The notes beneath the pieces are model-generated. The model worked only from the letters and a program-made list of their open reading frames with translations, searched no databases and had not been told where the DNA came from. Position numbers and translations under genes: made by a program. A DNA stretch of 64,000 nt from Ignavibacteriota bacterium (GTDB taxonomy: Bacteria; Bacteroidota; Ignavibacteria; UBA10030): the NCBI GenBank assembly GCA_963727825.1, contig CAVSHO010000001.1, forward strand, positions 404,879-468,878. Reading direction: 5' to 3'. Below are positions 11,576 through 20,125 of the stretch, one piece after another. How positions within the stretch are numbered: the stretch's first letter is position 1; every line of letters begins with the position of its first letter.

Positions 11576-12204
11576 TTCGTGTTCTTATTGCTGATGATCA
11601 TCCGATTGTCCGAAGAGGACTCAAAACGATCTTGAAAGATGTACCGGATATTAAAGTTGAAGATGAAGCATCCGATGGTCTTGAAGTTATGGAGAAGATT
11701 CGGAATGCCGAGTTTGATGTTCTCGTACTTGATCTCTCGATGCCAAAGCTTGACGGCCTTGAAGCTATTAAAAGAATAAAAGCAGAAAAGCCTGATTTAG
11801 CTATACTTGTGTTGAGCATGAACCCTGAAGAAGTATTCGGGATTCGAGCGTTGAATCTCGGTGCATCTGGATATCTTTCTAAAGACACCGCACTTGAACA
11901 ACTTATTCAAGCAATCCGACGCGTAGCTTCTGGAAAAGTTTATATCTCACAATTGCTCGCTGAATCAATTGCACAAAATGTAAGTCGAGGTTCACCTAAG
12001 CTTCCGCATGAGCATCTTTCCGATCGAGAATATCAAATTATGTTGATGATCGCTAGAGGTATGTCGTTAAAAGCGATTGGTATAGAACTTTCAGTAAGTG
12101 TTAAAACGGTAAGCACACACCGTACACACATTCTACAGAAAATGAGGCTGGAGAATAACGCCCAAATAGTAACCTACGCTCTACAAAATAATCTGTTGGG
12201 ATAA
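11572..12204 (+). CDS. NarL/FixJ (UvrY-like) response regulator
   Basis: IADDHPIVRRG receiver plus LSDREYQ...SVKTVSTHR LuxR HTH; 4-bp overlap with the kinase. Confidence 0.93.
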   Translation: MIRVLIADDHPIVRRGLKTILKDVPDIKVEDEASDGLEVMEKIRNAEFDVLVLDLSMPKLDGLEAIKRIKAEKPDLAILVLSMNPEEVFGIRALNLGASGYLSKDTALEQLIQAIRRVASGKVYISQLLAESIAQNVSRGSPKLPHEHLSDREYQIMLMIARGMSLKAIGIELSVSVKTVSTHRTHILQKMRLENNAQIVTYALQNNLLG

Positions 12205-12214
12205 TTACCTTCTA

Positions 12215-13266
12215 TGAGTTCTACAAGGAAGTGCAACGCTCTAAAAGAATTAGTAAAATTAGAGTATGGCACAACCCAGATGCTACAACCAGATAACGCA
12301 AGAAGAGCGAGATCAAATAGCAGCTCTTTATGCGCAGCGGGTATCTCTTAGTGAGATCGCCCGACAGTTACACCGAAACAAAAGCACGATATCCCGGGAA
12401 ATATCCAGGAACAAAGCTCCGGTCCGACGAGTTTATGGAGCTTGTCGTGCTCACAACAAAGCCAAGGAACGCAAAATACAAGCGGGACAACGTCCACGCT
12501 TAAAGAATGCAATCATCCGCAACTATGTCAAACAGCATCTGCGAATGGAATGGACACCGGAACAGATTGCTGGAAGATTGCGTATCAAGTATCCAGAACA
12601 TAGCCTTTGTGTTGAAAGTATTTATCGATTCATTTACGATCCCGAGGTTCGACGTCAGGAAAACTTTGTTCCAGTGCTTCCTCGAGCTCACAGAATCAGG
12701 AATTACCGAGGTCAACGTAAGACGCATCGAATGTCGAAAATTCCTGGGCGAAAATCGATTTTAGAACGTCCAGAAGCAGTTCAGCATCGTAAGCAAGCTG
12801 GACACTGGGAAACTGATACCGTTATTGCTAGATCCAGTGATGCAGTGCTACTGGCAACGGTGGAACGTAAATCCCGATATACGAAACTCGCCAGACTGAA
12901 ACGGCGAACAGCACAACAGGTTCGGATATCATTGAACCGGACTCTGAGTCAGTATAAACGACATCTTCGCCGAACGATTACTTATGATAACGGCCTAGAA
13001 AATGTTGAACATATGATCGTGAATCAAACACTTGGAACCCGTTCGTATTTTTGCCAACCGTATCACAGTTGGGAAAAAGGAACTGTTGAAAACACGATCG
13101 GCATCATTCGCAGAACCTATCCGAAGAAAACAAACTTCGATCTTGTCTCTGCTTCTGATGTGAAACGTTTAGAACGCAAGCTCAACAATACTCCAAGAAA
13201 AATATTACATTACTTAACACCGAAGGAAGTCTTCGATCAGATCGTTGCACTTCCTCATTGAATTCA
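12215..13266 (+). mobile_element. IS30-family insertion sequence (about 1052 bp)
   Basis: 26-bp imperfect terminal inverted repeats: 12215-12240 TGAGTTCTACAAGGAAGTGCAACGCT versus the reverse complement of 13241-13266 (21/26 match), enclosing the transposase. Confidence 0.88.
12266..13261 (+). CDS. IS30-family DDE transposase
   Basis: HTH EIARQLHRNKSTISREISRN, WTPEQIAG, GHWETDTV, TITYDNG, PYHSWEKGTVEN, LNNTPRK. Confidence 0.95.
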   Translation: MAQPRCYNQITQEERDQIAALYAQRVSLSEIARQLHRNKSTISREISRNKAPVRRVYGACRAHNKAKERKIQAGQRPRLKNAIIRNYVKQHLRMEWTPEQIAGRLRIKYPEHSLCVESIYRFIYDPEVRRQENFVPVLPRAHRIRNYRGQRKTHRMSKIPGRKSILERPEAVQHRKQAGHWETDTVIARSSDAVLLATVERKSRYTKLARLKRRTAQQVRISLNRTLSQYKRHLRRTITYDNGLENVEHMIVNQTLGTRSYFCQPYHSWEKGTVENTIGIIRRTYPKKTNFDLVSASDVKRLERKLNNTPRKILHYLTPKEVFDQIVALPH

Positions 13267-13682
13267 GCTTCCTTAGATTATTATAATTGGATAATCTGTA
13301 GGAAGTTTTTTTACGATCCTTTTCGATCTAAGTCTTTTATGTGGCCGCATAGGTACTTTCTCAGTACTGAACTATCTAGTTCTATATTTCTTATTAAAGA
13401 TTTCTTCTATTTACCTCTCTAATTGCACACAAAGCTAAATAATACTGCTTTTTAATTGGTTTTTAGGGATTAAAGCTGATAAAGTGATAAAAATAAAAAA
13501 TTATCGAAAAAGGTCCGAATTCACTAAATATTACCCACCAGAGTAGGTTAAATCTTATAGAAGAATCAGCGTTATACCGATATCGTTACTTGCCACTATT
13601 ATGCAAATTAAATCCGCATTAGTTCCTCACATTGGCTACGCAAGGAATTAAGAATTTACGTCTCAATGAAAGGAGTATTCTG

Positions 13683-14186
13683 ATGGCAACTACAATAAAC
13701 ACAAAAGCTCAAAAGGAAATGAAAGCACAAGCGGAAGAACTTCTCCAGCTTGTTAGCTTTAATATTGGCCAAGAAGAATTCGGATTGGACATTCAATGTA
13801 TTCAGGAAATCAACCGGATGGTGGAAATTACACGAGTGCCAAACTCACCTGAATTTGTTACTGGTGTGATTAATTTGCGTGGGAAAGTCATTCCCATTAT
13901 TAATCTGCGGAAACGATTTGGATTTCCTCCAAAAGAAAGTGATAGGAACACACGAATTATTGTTGTTGAGTTAAGCAACATGGTTGTTGGTTTCGTAGTG
14001 GATTCGGTTAGCGAAGTACTTCGGATTCCAAAGAATATCACTGAACCTCCTCCACCTATTGTAGCTGGAATTGGATCGGAGTATATCACTGCGGTCGCGA
14101 AACTGGAAAACCGTTTGTTGATTCTTTTAGATCTCGAACGAATTCTTAAAGACAAAGAAAAACAACAACTTGAATCGTCAAAATAA
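13683..14186 (+). CDS. cheW: CheW coupling protein
   Basis: QLVSF...GVINLRGKVIPIINLRKRF...GFVVDSVSEV; start moved to ATG 13683, after GAAAGGAG. Confidence 0.95.
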   Translation: MATTINTKAQKEMKAQAEELLQLVSFNIGQEEFGLDIQCIQEINRMVEITRVPNSPEFVTGVINLRGKVIPIINLRKRFGFPPKESDRNTRIIVVELSNMVVGFVVDSVSEVLRIPKNITEPPPPIVAGIGSEYITAVAKLENRLLILLDLERILKDKEKQQLESSK

Positions 14187-14254
14187 TTCACTGAGATAAA
14201 ATTTCACATCGCACTAAAACATACTAATTATTAATCTATTAAAGAGGTAAAGCC

Positions 14255-15229
14255 ATGAAAAATATATGCTTTCGTTTCATAATTGTCGTCATTATTATGC
14301 TTGGATTACAACCTTTAGTGTTAACACAAGAAAAACTCAAGATTGCCGTTATTCCCAAAAGTGGCACCGCACTATTTTGGAAATCGACACGTGTAGGCGC
14401 AAGAATGGGAGCTATGTCCGCAGCAAACGTTGATATTATCTGGAAAGCTCCATCTTCAGAAAGCGATAAAGCACAACAAATCGCAATCGTTGAGCAATGT
14501 ATCACAGAGGGTGTATCCGGAATAGTTCTGTCGCCAATAAGCTACGAAGGACTTAGTGAATCCGTCTCTAAAGCGATGAAGAAAAAAATACCTGTCTTAA
14601 TTTTTGACAGTCCACTTAAGGGGAAAGCGGGAACGGATTTTATCAGTTTTGTCGGGATAGATAATAAAAAGGCGGGGGGAACTGCTGGTGAATATCTTGC
14701 CACATTGCTTAATGGCAAGGGTAATGTCGTTTTACTGCGGTATGTGAAAGGTCAAGCCAACACTACAGAACGTGAAGAGGGATTCCTCGATGCGATTGCC
14801 AAGCACGAGAACATTCGAATAATCATGAAAGACCATTATGCTGGCGGTACCGTGGAAGAGGCTAAGAGTGCAAGTATGAGTTTACTAGATCAACTTAAAG
14901 AAGCCGACGGTATTTTCTGTCCAAACGAGCAGTCAACAATGGGCATGCTGCTTGCATTACGAGACGCCAAATTGACCGGTAAGGTTAAACTAATTGGTTT
15001 CGATACGCCGGCATCCTCCATCGAAGCGTTAAAGAAAGGTGAAGTCAGTGCGCTCATTGCCCAGGATCCAACACGAATGGGATTCCTTAGCGTCAAAACG
15101 ATTACCGATAATATCCGTGGAAAGAAAATTCCCCCGATGATTGATATCGGTGTTCATGTAGTGACTCGCGAGAATCTGAATGATCCAGCTATTCAGAAAT
15201 TGCTTGTGCTACCAAGTATGTCAGAATAA
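14255..15229 (+). CDS. RbsB/LacI-fold periplasmic sugar-binding protein
   Basis: Signal peptide; IAVIPK...FW, DNKKAG, EREEGF, IGFD, QDPTRMG; no adjacent permease. Confidence 0.88.
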   Translation: MKNICFRFIIVVIIMLGLQPLVLTQEKLKIAVIPKSGTALFWKSTRVGARMGAMSAANVDIIWKAPSSESDKAQQIAIVEQCITEGVSGIVLSPISYEGLSESVSKAMKKKIPVLIFDSPLKGKAGTDFISFVGIDNKKAGGTAGEYLATLLNGKGNVVLLRYVKGQANTTEREEGFLDAIAKHENIRIIMKDHYAGGTVEEAKSASMSLLDQLKEADGIFCPNEQSTMGMLLALRDAKLTGKVKLIGFDTPASSIEALKKGEVSALIAQDPTRMGFLSVKTITDNIRGKKIPPMIDIGVHVVTRENLNDPAIQKLLVLPSMSE

Positions 15230-15329
15230 AGCAGATTAAGAAAAAAAATCCAAACTCTTTAAGAATATTATGTTGACGTTAACGGACGATGAAAAACAGA
15301 TTTAATCAGAATGAACCGAAGAAGATTTT

Positions 15330-16793
15330 ATGAATGAAAAAACGAAAAATCTTATCTGTCTTCTGTTGACGGACCCTGACCCTGACGTTCGGCGTAGAGC
15401 AGCAGAAGATCTCGCTGAAGGTAACGACCAAAATGTCTTAGCGGTTCTGTCGATTGCCCTACAAGATGAAAACAAGGGGGTCGAAGATGCAGTTTCACGT
15501 TCGTTTTTGAGTATTGGTGGAGTGGCTGCAGCTCGAGCTATAGTTTATCATATTGAAGACGAAAATATTACGTCCCGAAATCTTGCTGCAAAATTGCTTG
15601 TCAAGTTGGGCGAAAACTCAGTTCATGCACTTGTCCCATATCTAAGATCTGAAAACAAAGATGTCCGTAAATTAGCAGTTGATATTCTCGGAGATATAAA
15701 GAGCAAAGAGCCTGTTTATTATTTATTGCCGCTTTTAAATGATACAGATCCGAATGTCATTGCTGCCGCACTTGAAGCGCTTGGCAATATTGGCAGCAAT
15801 GCGGCGATAGAACCAATCAGTGACACATATGAGCAATATCCATTTGCGCGTATTATGGCAATTGAAGCTCTTGGAAAAATTGGCGGCAAATCCGTTAAAA
15901 ATTTACTCGAAAATAAGTTCAAAGAAGCACTCACTGTTCGGGATGCGGACGGAGTGTATTTATTTGCATTGCTCGATGCTATTGGAATTGTAGGAGACAA
16001 TGAAACACTCGAAATACTTCTCGCCAACTATGAAAACATTAAGGGACCTCTTCGAGACGTGTTACTGCACGAAACGGTACAGGTTATAGAACGTTGTAAC
16101 TTAGAATTTCGATTCGAGGTTAAAGCAAAAGATGATTTGTTGCATGCACTACGCAGTGATAATCAACATATACAACTGAGCGCGGCAAAAGGGTTGGTAC
16201 AATTCAAAGAGCAAGATGTGACGAGAGCTCTTCTTCTTTCCCTTGGTATTTCTGAAGAATTGGATTTTGTTGTGATAGCCCAAATGTCTGGCAGGCCGCG
16301 GGCTTTTCAAACTGCCGTTGAATGTCTCGATGAAGGTGCGATTAAAGGTAAGATTCAAATAATAATGTTGATTGGAAAACTTGCCACTGAATTTATTCAC
16401 TCGTTTAAAAGTTTTCATGCTTTCCCAATAAATGATACTGAATTGAAACGGGCAATTAATGTAACGAAAGAGGCATGGCAGGATGCAAGTGAGGAAGATC
16501 GGGAAATCATTGCGGATACACTTTTCCGACTCAACTGTGATAGCGCCGTCACCTTTTTAAACGATGCTCTAATTGAGCTGGATCCATGGTCTCGAGTTCA
16601 TATAATAGATCAAATTAGTACGATGCCGACGCGACGCGCTCTTGAATGCATTGCTCGCTTTGTTAATGATGAGAATGAAATGGTGCGAGAAGCAGCTATA
16701 TCGTCATTGAGAGCTGCTGGACTTCCTGTGGAAATTGGTACATCATTCACTGGAATGGAATCTCTTGATAAAGGAGACGATGATAGTGTTTGA
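15330..16793 (+). CDS. HEAT/PBS-repeat protein
   Basis: Repeated DPDVRRRAAEDL, DVRKLAVDILGDI, NVIAAALEALGNIG and EMVREAA units. Confidence 0.88.
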   Translation: MNEKTKNLICLLLTDPDPDVRRRAAEDLAEGNDQNVLAVLSIALQDENKGVEDAVSRSFLSIGGVAAARAIVYHIEDENITSRNLAAKLLVKLGENSVHALVPYLRSENKDVRKLAVDILGDIKSKEPVYYLLPLLNDTDPNVIAAALEALGNIGSNAAIEPISDTYEQYPFARIMAIEALGKIGGKSVKNLLENKFKEALTVRDADGVYLFALLDAIGIVGDNETLEILLANYENIKGPLRDVLLHETVQVIERCNLEFRFEVKAKDDLLHALRSDNQHIQLSAAKGLVQFKEQDVTRALLLSLGISEELDFVVIAQMSGRPRAFQTAVECLDEGAIKGKIQIIMLIGKLATEFIHSFKSFHAFPINDTELKRAINVTKEAWQDASEEDREIIADTLFRLNCDSAVTFLNDALIELDPWSRVHIIDQISTMPTRRALECIARFVNDENEMVREAAISSLRAAGLPVEIGTSFTGMESLDKGDDDSV

Positions 16794-17667
16794 ACAAGTT
16801 CCCGATAGAGTCCGAACTGAGATTTCCTCCACTCCAAAGCTTTCTGACGAAACCTTCGCGTTGCTTAGAGATTTTGTTTATTCAAAAACTGGAATCTATT
16901 TCCCAGAAAAAAAGAAGTATCTGATCGAAGGAAGACTTGCAAAACGTTTGCAATTACTTAATATAGCACGTTTTGAAGATTATATTCATCTATTGAAATA
17001 TGGTCAGCAAAGGGAAAGTGAGTTCGAACTCCTGTGTAACACAGTGACGATTAATGAAACTTCTTTCTTTCGAAATGAAGCACAGATGAACGCCTTTCAG
17101 CAAAAACTTGCTGTGGAAATCATTAACGCCAAGAAAACGTTTGGCAAACAAATCCTCAGAATATGGAGCGCAGCGTGTTCTTCCGGTGAGGAACCTTACA
17201 CACTAGCGATCTTATATTTAGAATATCTCAAGCCTCGATATCCCGATCTGCAAATCGAAATTATAGGCACCGATATTAACACGGCAGTGGTCGAAATGGC
17301 ACGGGTCGCAGAATATAGCCATTATGCAATCCGTTCTTTACCAGAGCCATATGTGAAAAAATATTTTAATAATTACAATGGACTCTATCGGCTGCGAACG
17401 GAGGTAAAGGAGCTAGTACGATTTGAATATAATAATTTAATTGACCACCAATCAATGCGGCAAATGGCGCATTTCGATTTCATTTTTTGCTCGAATGTTC
17501 TTATCTATTTTGATTTAAAAGCAAAAATACAAGTGGTCGGAGATTTATACGACAGTCTCAATCGAGGTGGATATCTCTTTATAGGTTCTTCGGAAATGCT
17601 GCACAAGATTTCGAGTGCATTTAAATTGGTGAGTTTTCCGAAAGCCACCGTATATAAAAAGGAGTAA
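16780..17667 (+). CDS. cheR: Chemoreceptor methyltransferase CheR
   Basis: TINETSFFR, IWSAACSSGEEPYTLA, FCSNVLIYFD; start at ATG 16780 after AAGGAG. Confidence 0.95.
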   Translation: MIVFEQVPDRVRTEISSTPKLSDETFALLRDFVYSKTGIYFPEKKKYLIEGRLAKRLQLLNIARFEDYIHLLKYGQQRESEFELLCNTVTINETSFFRNEAQMNAFQQKLAVEIINAKKTFGKQILRIWSAACSSGEEPYTLAILYLEYLKPRYPDLQIEIIGTDINTAVVEMARVAEYSHYAIRSLPEPYVKKYFNNYNGLYRLRTEVKELVRFEYNNLIDHQSMRQMAHFDFIFCSNVLIYFDLKAKIQVVGDLYDSLNRGGYLFIGSSEMLHKISSAFKLVSFPKATVYKKE

Positions 17668-17674
17668 TGTAAGT

Positions 17675-18061
17675 ATGGACAAGGTAGTTTTGGTTGTTGA
17701 TGATTCAGCGACAGTGAGGAAGTTTGTAGCTGCATCGCTGAATATGAAAGGATTCCGAGTGGTTACTGCGGCGGATGGTGTTGAAGCACTGGAACTAATG
17801 CCTGCGGAAAAATTCGATCTTATCATCACAGATCTCAATATGCCCGATATGGATGGATTTGAATTTATCCGTACGCTTCGAGAGACACCGGAAAATTGCG
17901 ACATCCCAATAATTGTCCTTTCTTCAATGACAGATTTGAAAAATAAAGACTATGCGTTAGAGCTTGGAGCGCTCGCGTTCCTTGAAAAACCACTGAGCAC
18001 TGAAGCTATACAACGTGAAGTTTTTCGGTTTGTCAATAAAACAATTCAGCATACGGAATGA
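17675..18061 (+). CDS. CheY-like single-domain response regulator
   Basis: VLVVDDS, ITDLNMP, LEKP. Confidence 0.9.
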   Translation: MDKVVLVVDDSATVRKFVAASLNMKGFRVVTAADGVEALELMPAEKFDLIITDLNMPDMDGFEFIRTLRETPENCDIPIIVLSSMTDLKNKDYALELGALAFLEKPLSTEAIQREVFRFVNKTIQHTE

Positions 18062-18063
18062 GT

Positions 18064-18079
18064 ATAGGAAATTTCCTAT
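18064..18079. promoter_or_regulatory. Perfect 16-bp palindrome, candidate regulator site upstream of cheY
   Basis: ATAGGAAATTTCCTAT equals its own reverse complement; a related TAGGTTAAATCTTA lies at 13544-13557 upstream of cheW. Confidence 0.5.
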
Positions 18080-18206
18080 TAACAAATCGTTCCTTTACTT
18101 ATATCTTTTACGATAGCAAAATAACACTTTGATGTAGAGTTAAAATGAATAGTCTGCGAAGAAAAAGAATAAAACTTAACAATAACACCAAACAAAGGAT
18201 AATGTC

Positions 18207-18599
18207 ATGACATCAATGAAAATCCTAATTGTGGACGATTCGATCACAATACGACGTATTATAACCAATGCGTTGAAAACCGTAGGTTTCCCAGATACTG
18301 TTGAGGCTGTAAATGGGAAAGATGCTCTCGAGAAACTGGCTAATGTCAATGTGGATTTTATTATCACGGACTGGAATATGCCGGAAATGAACGGCCTAGA
18401 TTTTATTAAACAAGTCCGTGCAAATCCGATATACTCATCTTTACCAATTCTGATGATCACCACTCGCGGCACAGAGCATGATGTAATTGAAGCGCTTCAG
18501 GCAAAAGTGAACAGCTACATTGTAAAGCCGTTTACACCGCAGGAACTGAAAGAAAAGATTGAAGGTATTCTCAAAACCGTTCAAGTCAATACGGTGTAG
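18207..18599 (+). CDS. cheY: Chemotaxis response regulator CheY
   Basis: ILIVDDS...ITDWNMPEMNG...PILMITT...YIVKPFTP. Confidence 0.92.
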   Translation: MTSMKILIVDDSITIRRIITNALKTVGFPDTVEAVNGKDALEKLANVNVDFIITDWNMPEMNGLDFIKQVRANPIYSSLPILMITTRGTEHDVIEALQAKVNSYIVKPFTPQELKEKIEGILKTVQVNTV

Positions 18600-18651
18600 A
18601 ACAGATGAATAAATCAATCTCAATACAATTTGTTCTGGAGAGGATAGAGTT

Positions 18652-19395
18652 ATGAACCAAAAGGAACTTGATGGCATCTTGAGAAAAGCCGCCGAATTAA
18701 AGGTGTTTTGCGAGTACGGTCAGCGCACCGTTCCGGTTCTAGATGAGATCTCTTCTTTTGTTAAGGAAATTAGCCCTGCTATTGAAGATCTCAAGGCGGT
18801 TGTAGAGGTGTCGATGGTTAACATTCCCAAAGCAGCAGATCAGCTCGGACGGGTTACACAAGCGACTGAACAGGCATCGACTGACATCTTAAACACTTTA
18901 GATAGAATGGTGGCAACTCTTGACGAAATAATCGGATCGGTTGCCTCGGGTATGACATCTTCAAACCTAGGCGCAGCGACAAAAAAAATGGCAGCAATCG
19001 TAAAATCATTAGTAGATAAATCAGGTTGGGATGAAGATATTGTAAAGCTTGCAGAAGCATGGGACATTCATCTGCAAAGTTTGAGGATGAGCGGTCCAAC
19101 AAGCAACCTTGAACGCTTGTTGAAGGATCTTCAAAGTGATTGCACTGAAATAATGATGGCACTTCAGGTACAGGATATCACTCAGCAGCATATTGGCGCC
19201 GTAATGGGAACTATCCAGGCAGTCGCCGAAGGACTTCGAAAGCTCACAACCGGATTTTTCAGTTCAGGTATGGCAGAGAATCTCCCACCATTGCCCACTA
19301 TGTCGGTTCGATTCGAACAGGAGAATGTTGGCGAAGCGGAAAGGAAAAAAATGGTCGAGTCCTTGTTAAGTAAAGCACGTGCAGGACAACTATAG
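18652..19395 (+). CDS. cheZ: CheZ-like phosphatase (paralogue 1)
   Basis: VTQATEQASTDIL and IMMALQVQDITQQ (catalytic D-x3-Q motif); directly after cheY. Confidence 0.75.
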   Translation: MNQKELDGILRKAAELKVFCEYGQRTVPVLDEISSFVKEISPAIEDLKAVVEVSMVNIPKAADQLGRVTQATEQASTDILNTLDRMVATLDEIIGSVASGMTSSNLGAATKKMAAIVKSLVDKSGWDEDIVKLAEAWDIHLQSLRMSGPTSNLERLLKDLQSDCTEIMMALQVQDITQQHIGAVMGTIQAVAEGLRKLTTGFFSSGMAENLPPLPTMSVRFEQENVGEAERKKMVESLLSKARAGQL

Positions 19396-19464
19396 AAACT
19401 GAAATGTGAAAAACTGAATTAAAGTGAAATTTATTATTCACTTGTATAAGAAAAAGGTGAAAGT

Positions 19465-20073
19465 ATGGCACATGAAGAGATAATTGAAAATGTCGAAGGG
19501 ACAACAGAAAGCGTAATAACTGCGCTGCAGAAGGTTATCACATTACTTGATCGTATTAAGAATGCGATTGAGGAAAGCTCTCGCAAAATTCCCAATGCGG
19601 CAGTCCAGTTAAACGGGGTAACACAAGCAACAGAACTCGCTACAGTGGAAATTCTTGACGTTCTCGATGTGATGGGAACCAAAATTCATATGGTGGAAAA
19701 CGGAATGAAAGAATTCGATCAAGCTGGAATTTCTGAAAAGCAAGTCTTAATGCTCACAGGTATTAAACAGACTCTGGCAGAATTAAAAGAAAATACAAGC
19801 AATATCACGGTTGCTTTGCAGGTGCAGGATATAACGGCACAAAAAATAGGAGCAGCAAATCATTTAATAGAATCTGTCCGTAAAGAATTATTAAGCGAAT
19901 TGAACTTTTTCGAGACAGCTAAACAGAAAACCGACGATGCGCGGCGTAAAGTTGAAGTGGAGATAGAAGGACCTAAAGCATTTGATTTGAATGCATCGTA
20001 TATGAAGACGCCTGAACATCAATCCAAAATTGATGAGGTCGTGACGGCATGGCAGGAAAAAGAAGCAAAGTAA
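19465..20073 (+). CDS. cheZ: CheZ-like phosphatase (paralogue 2)
   Basis: VTQATELATVEIL and ALQVQDITAQ; C-terminal QSKIDEV. Confidence 0.75.
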   Translation: MAHEEIIENVEGTTESVITALQKVITLLDRIKNAIEESSRKIPNAAVQLNGVTQATELATVEILDVLDVMGTKIHMVENGMKEFDQAGISEKQVLMLTGIKQTLAELKENTSNITVALQVQDITAQKIGAANHLIESVRKELLSELNFFETAKQKTDDARRKVEVEIEGPKAFDLNASYMKTPEHQSKIDEVVTAWQEKEAK

Positions 20074-20125
20074 GTGAATGTATTTTTCTTTGCGAGATTG
20101 TATAAAAATGATGGAATGTTAATAA

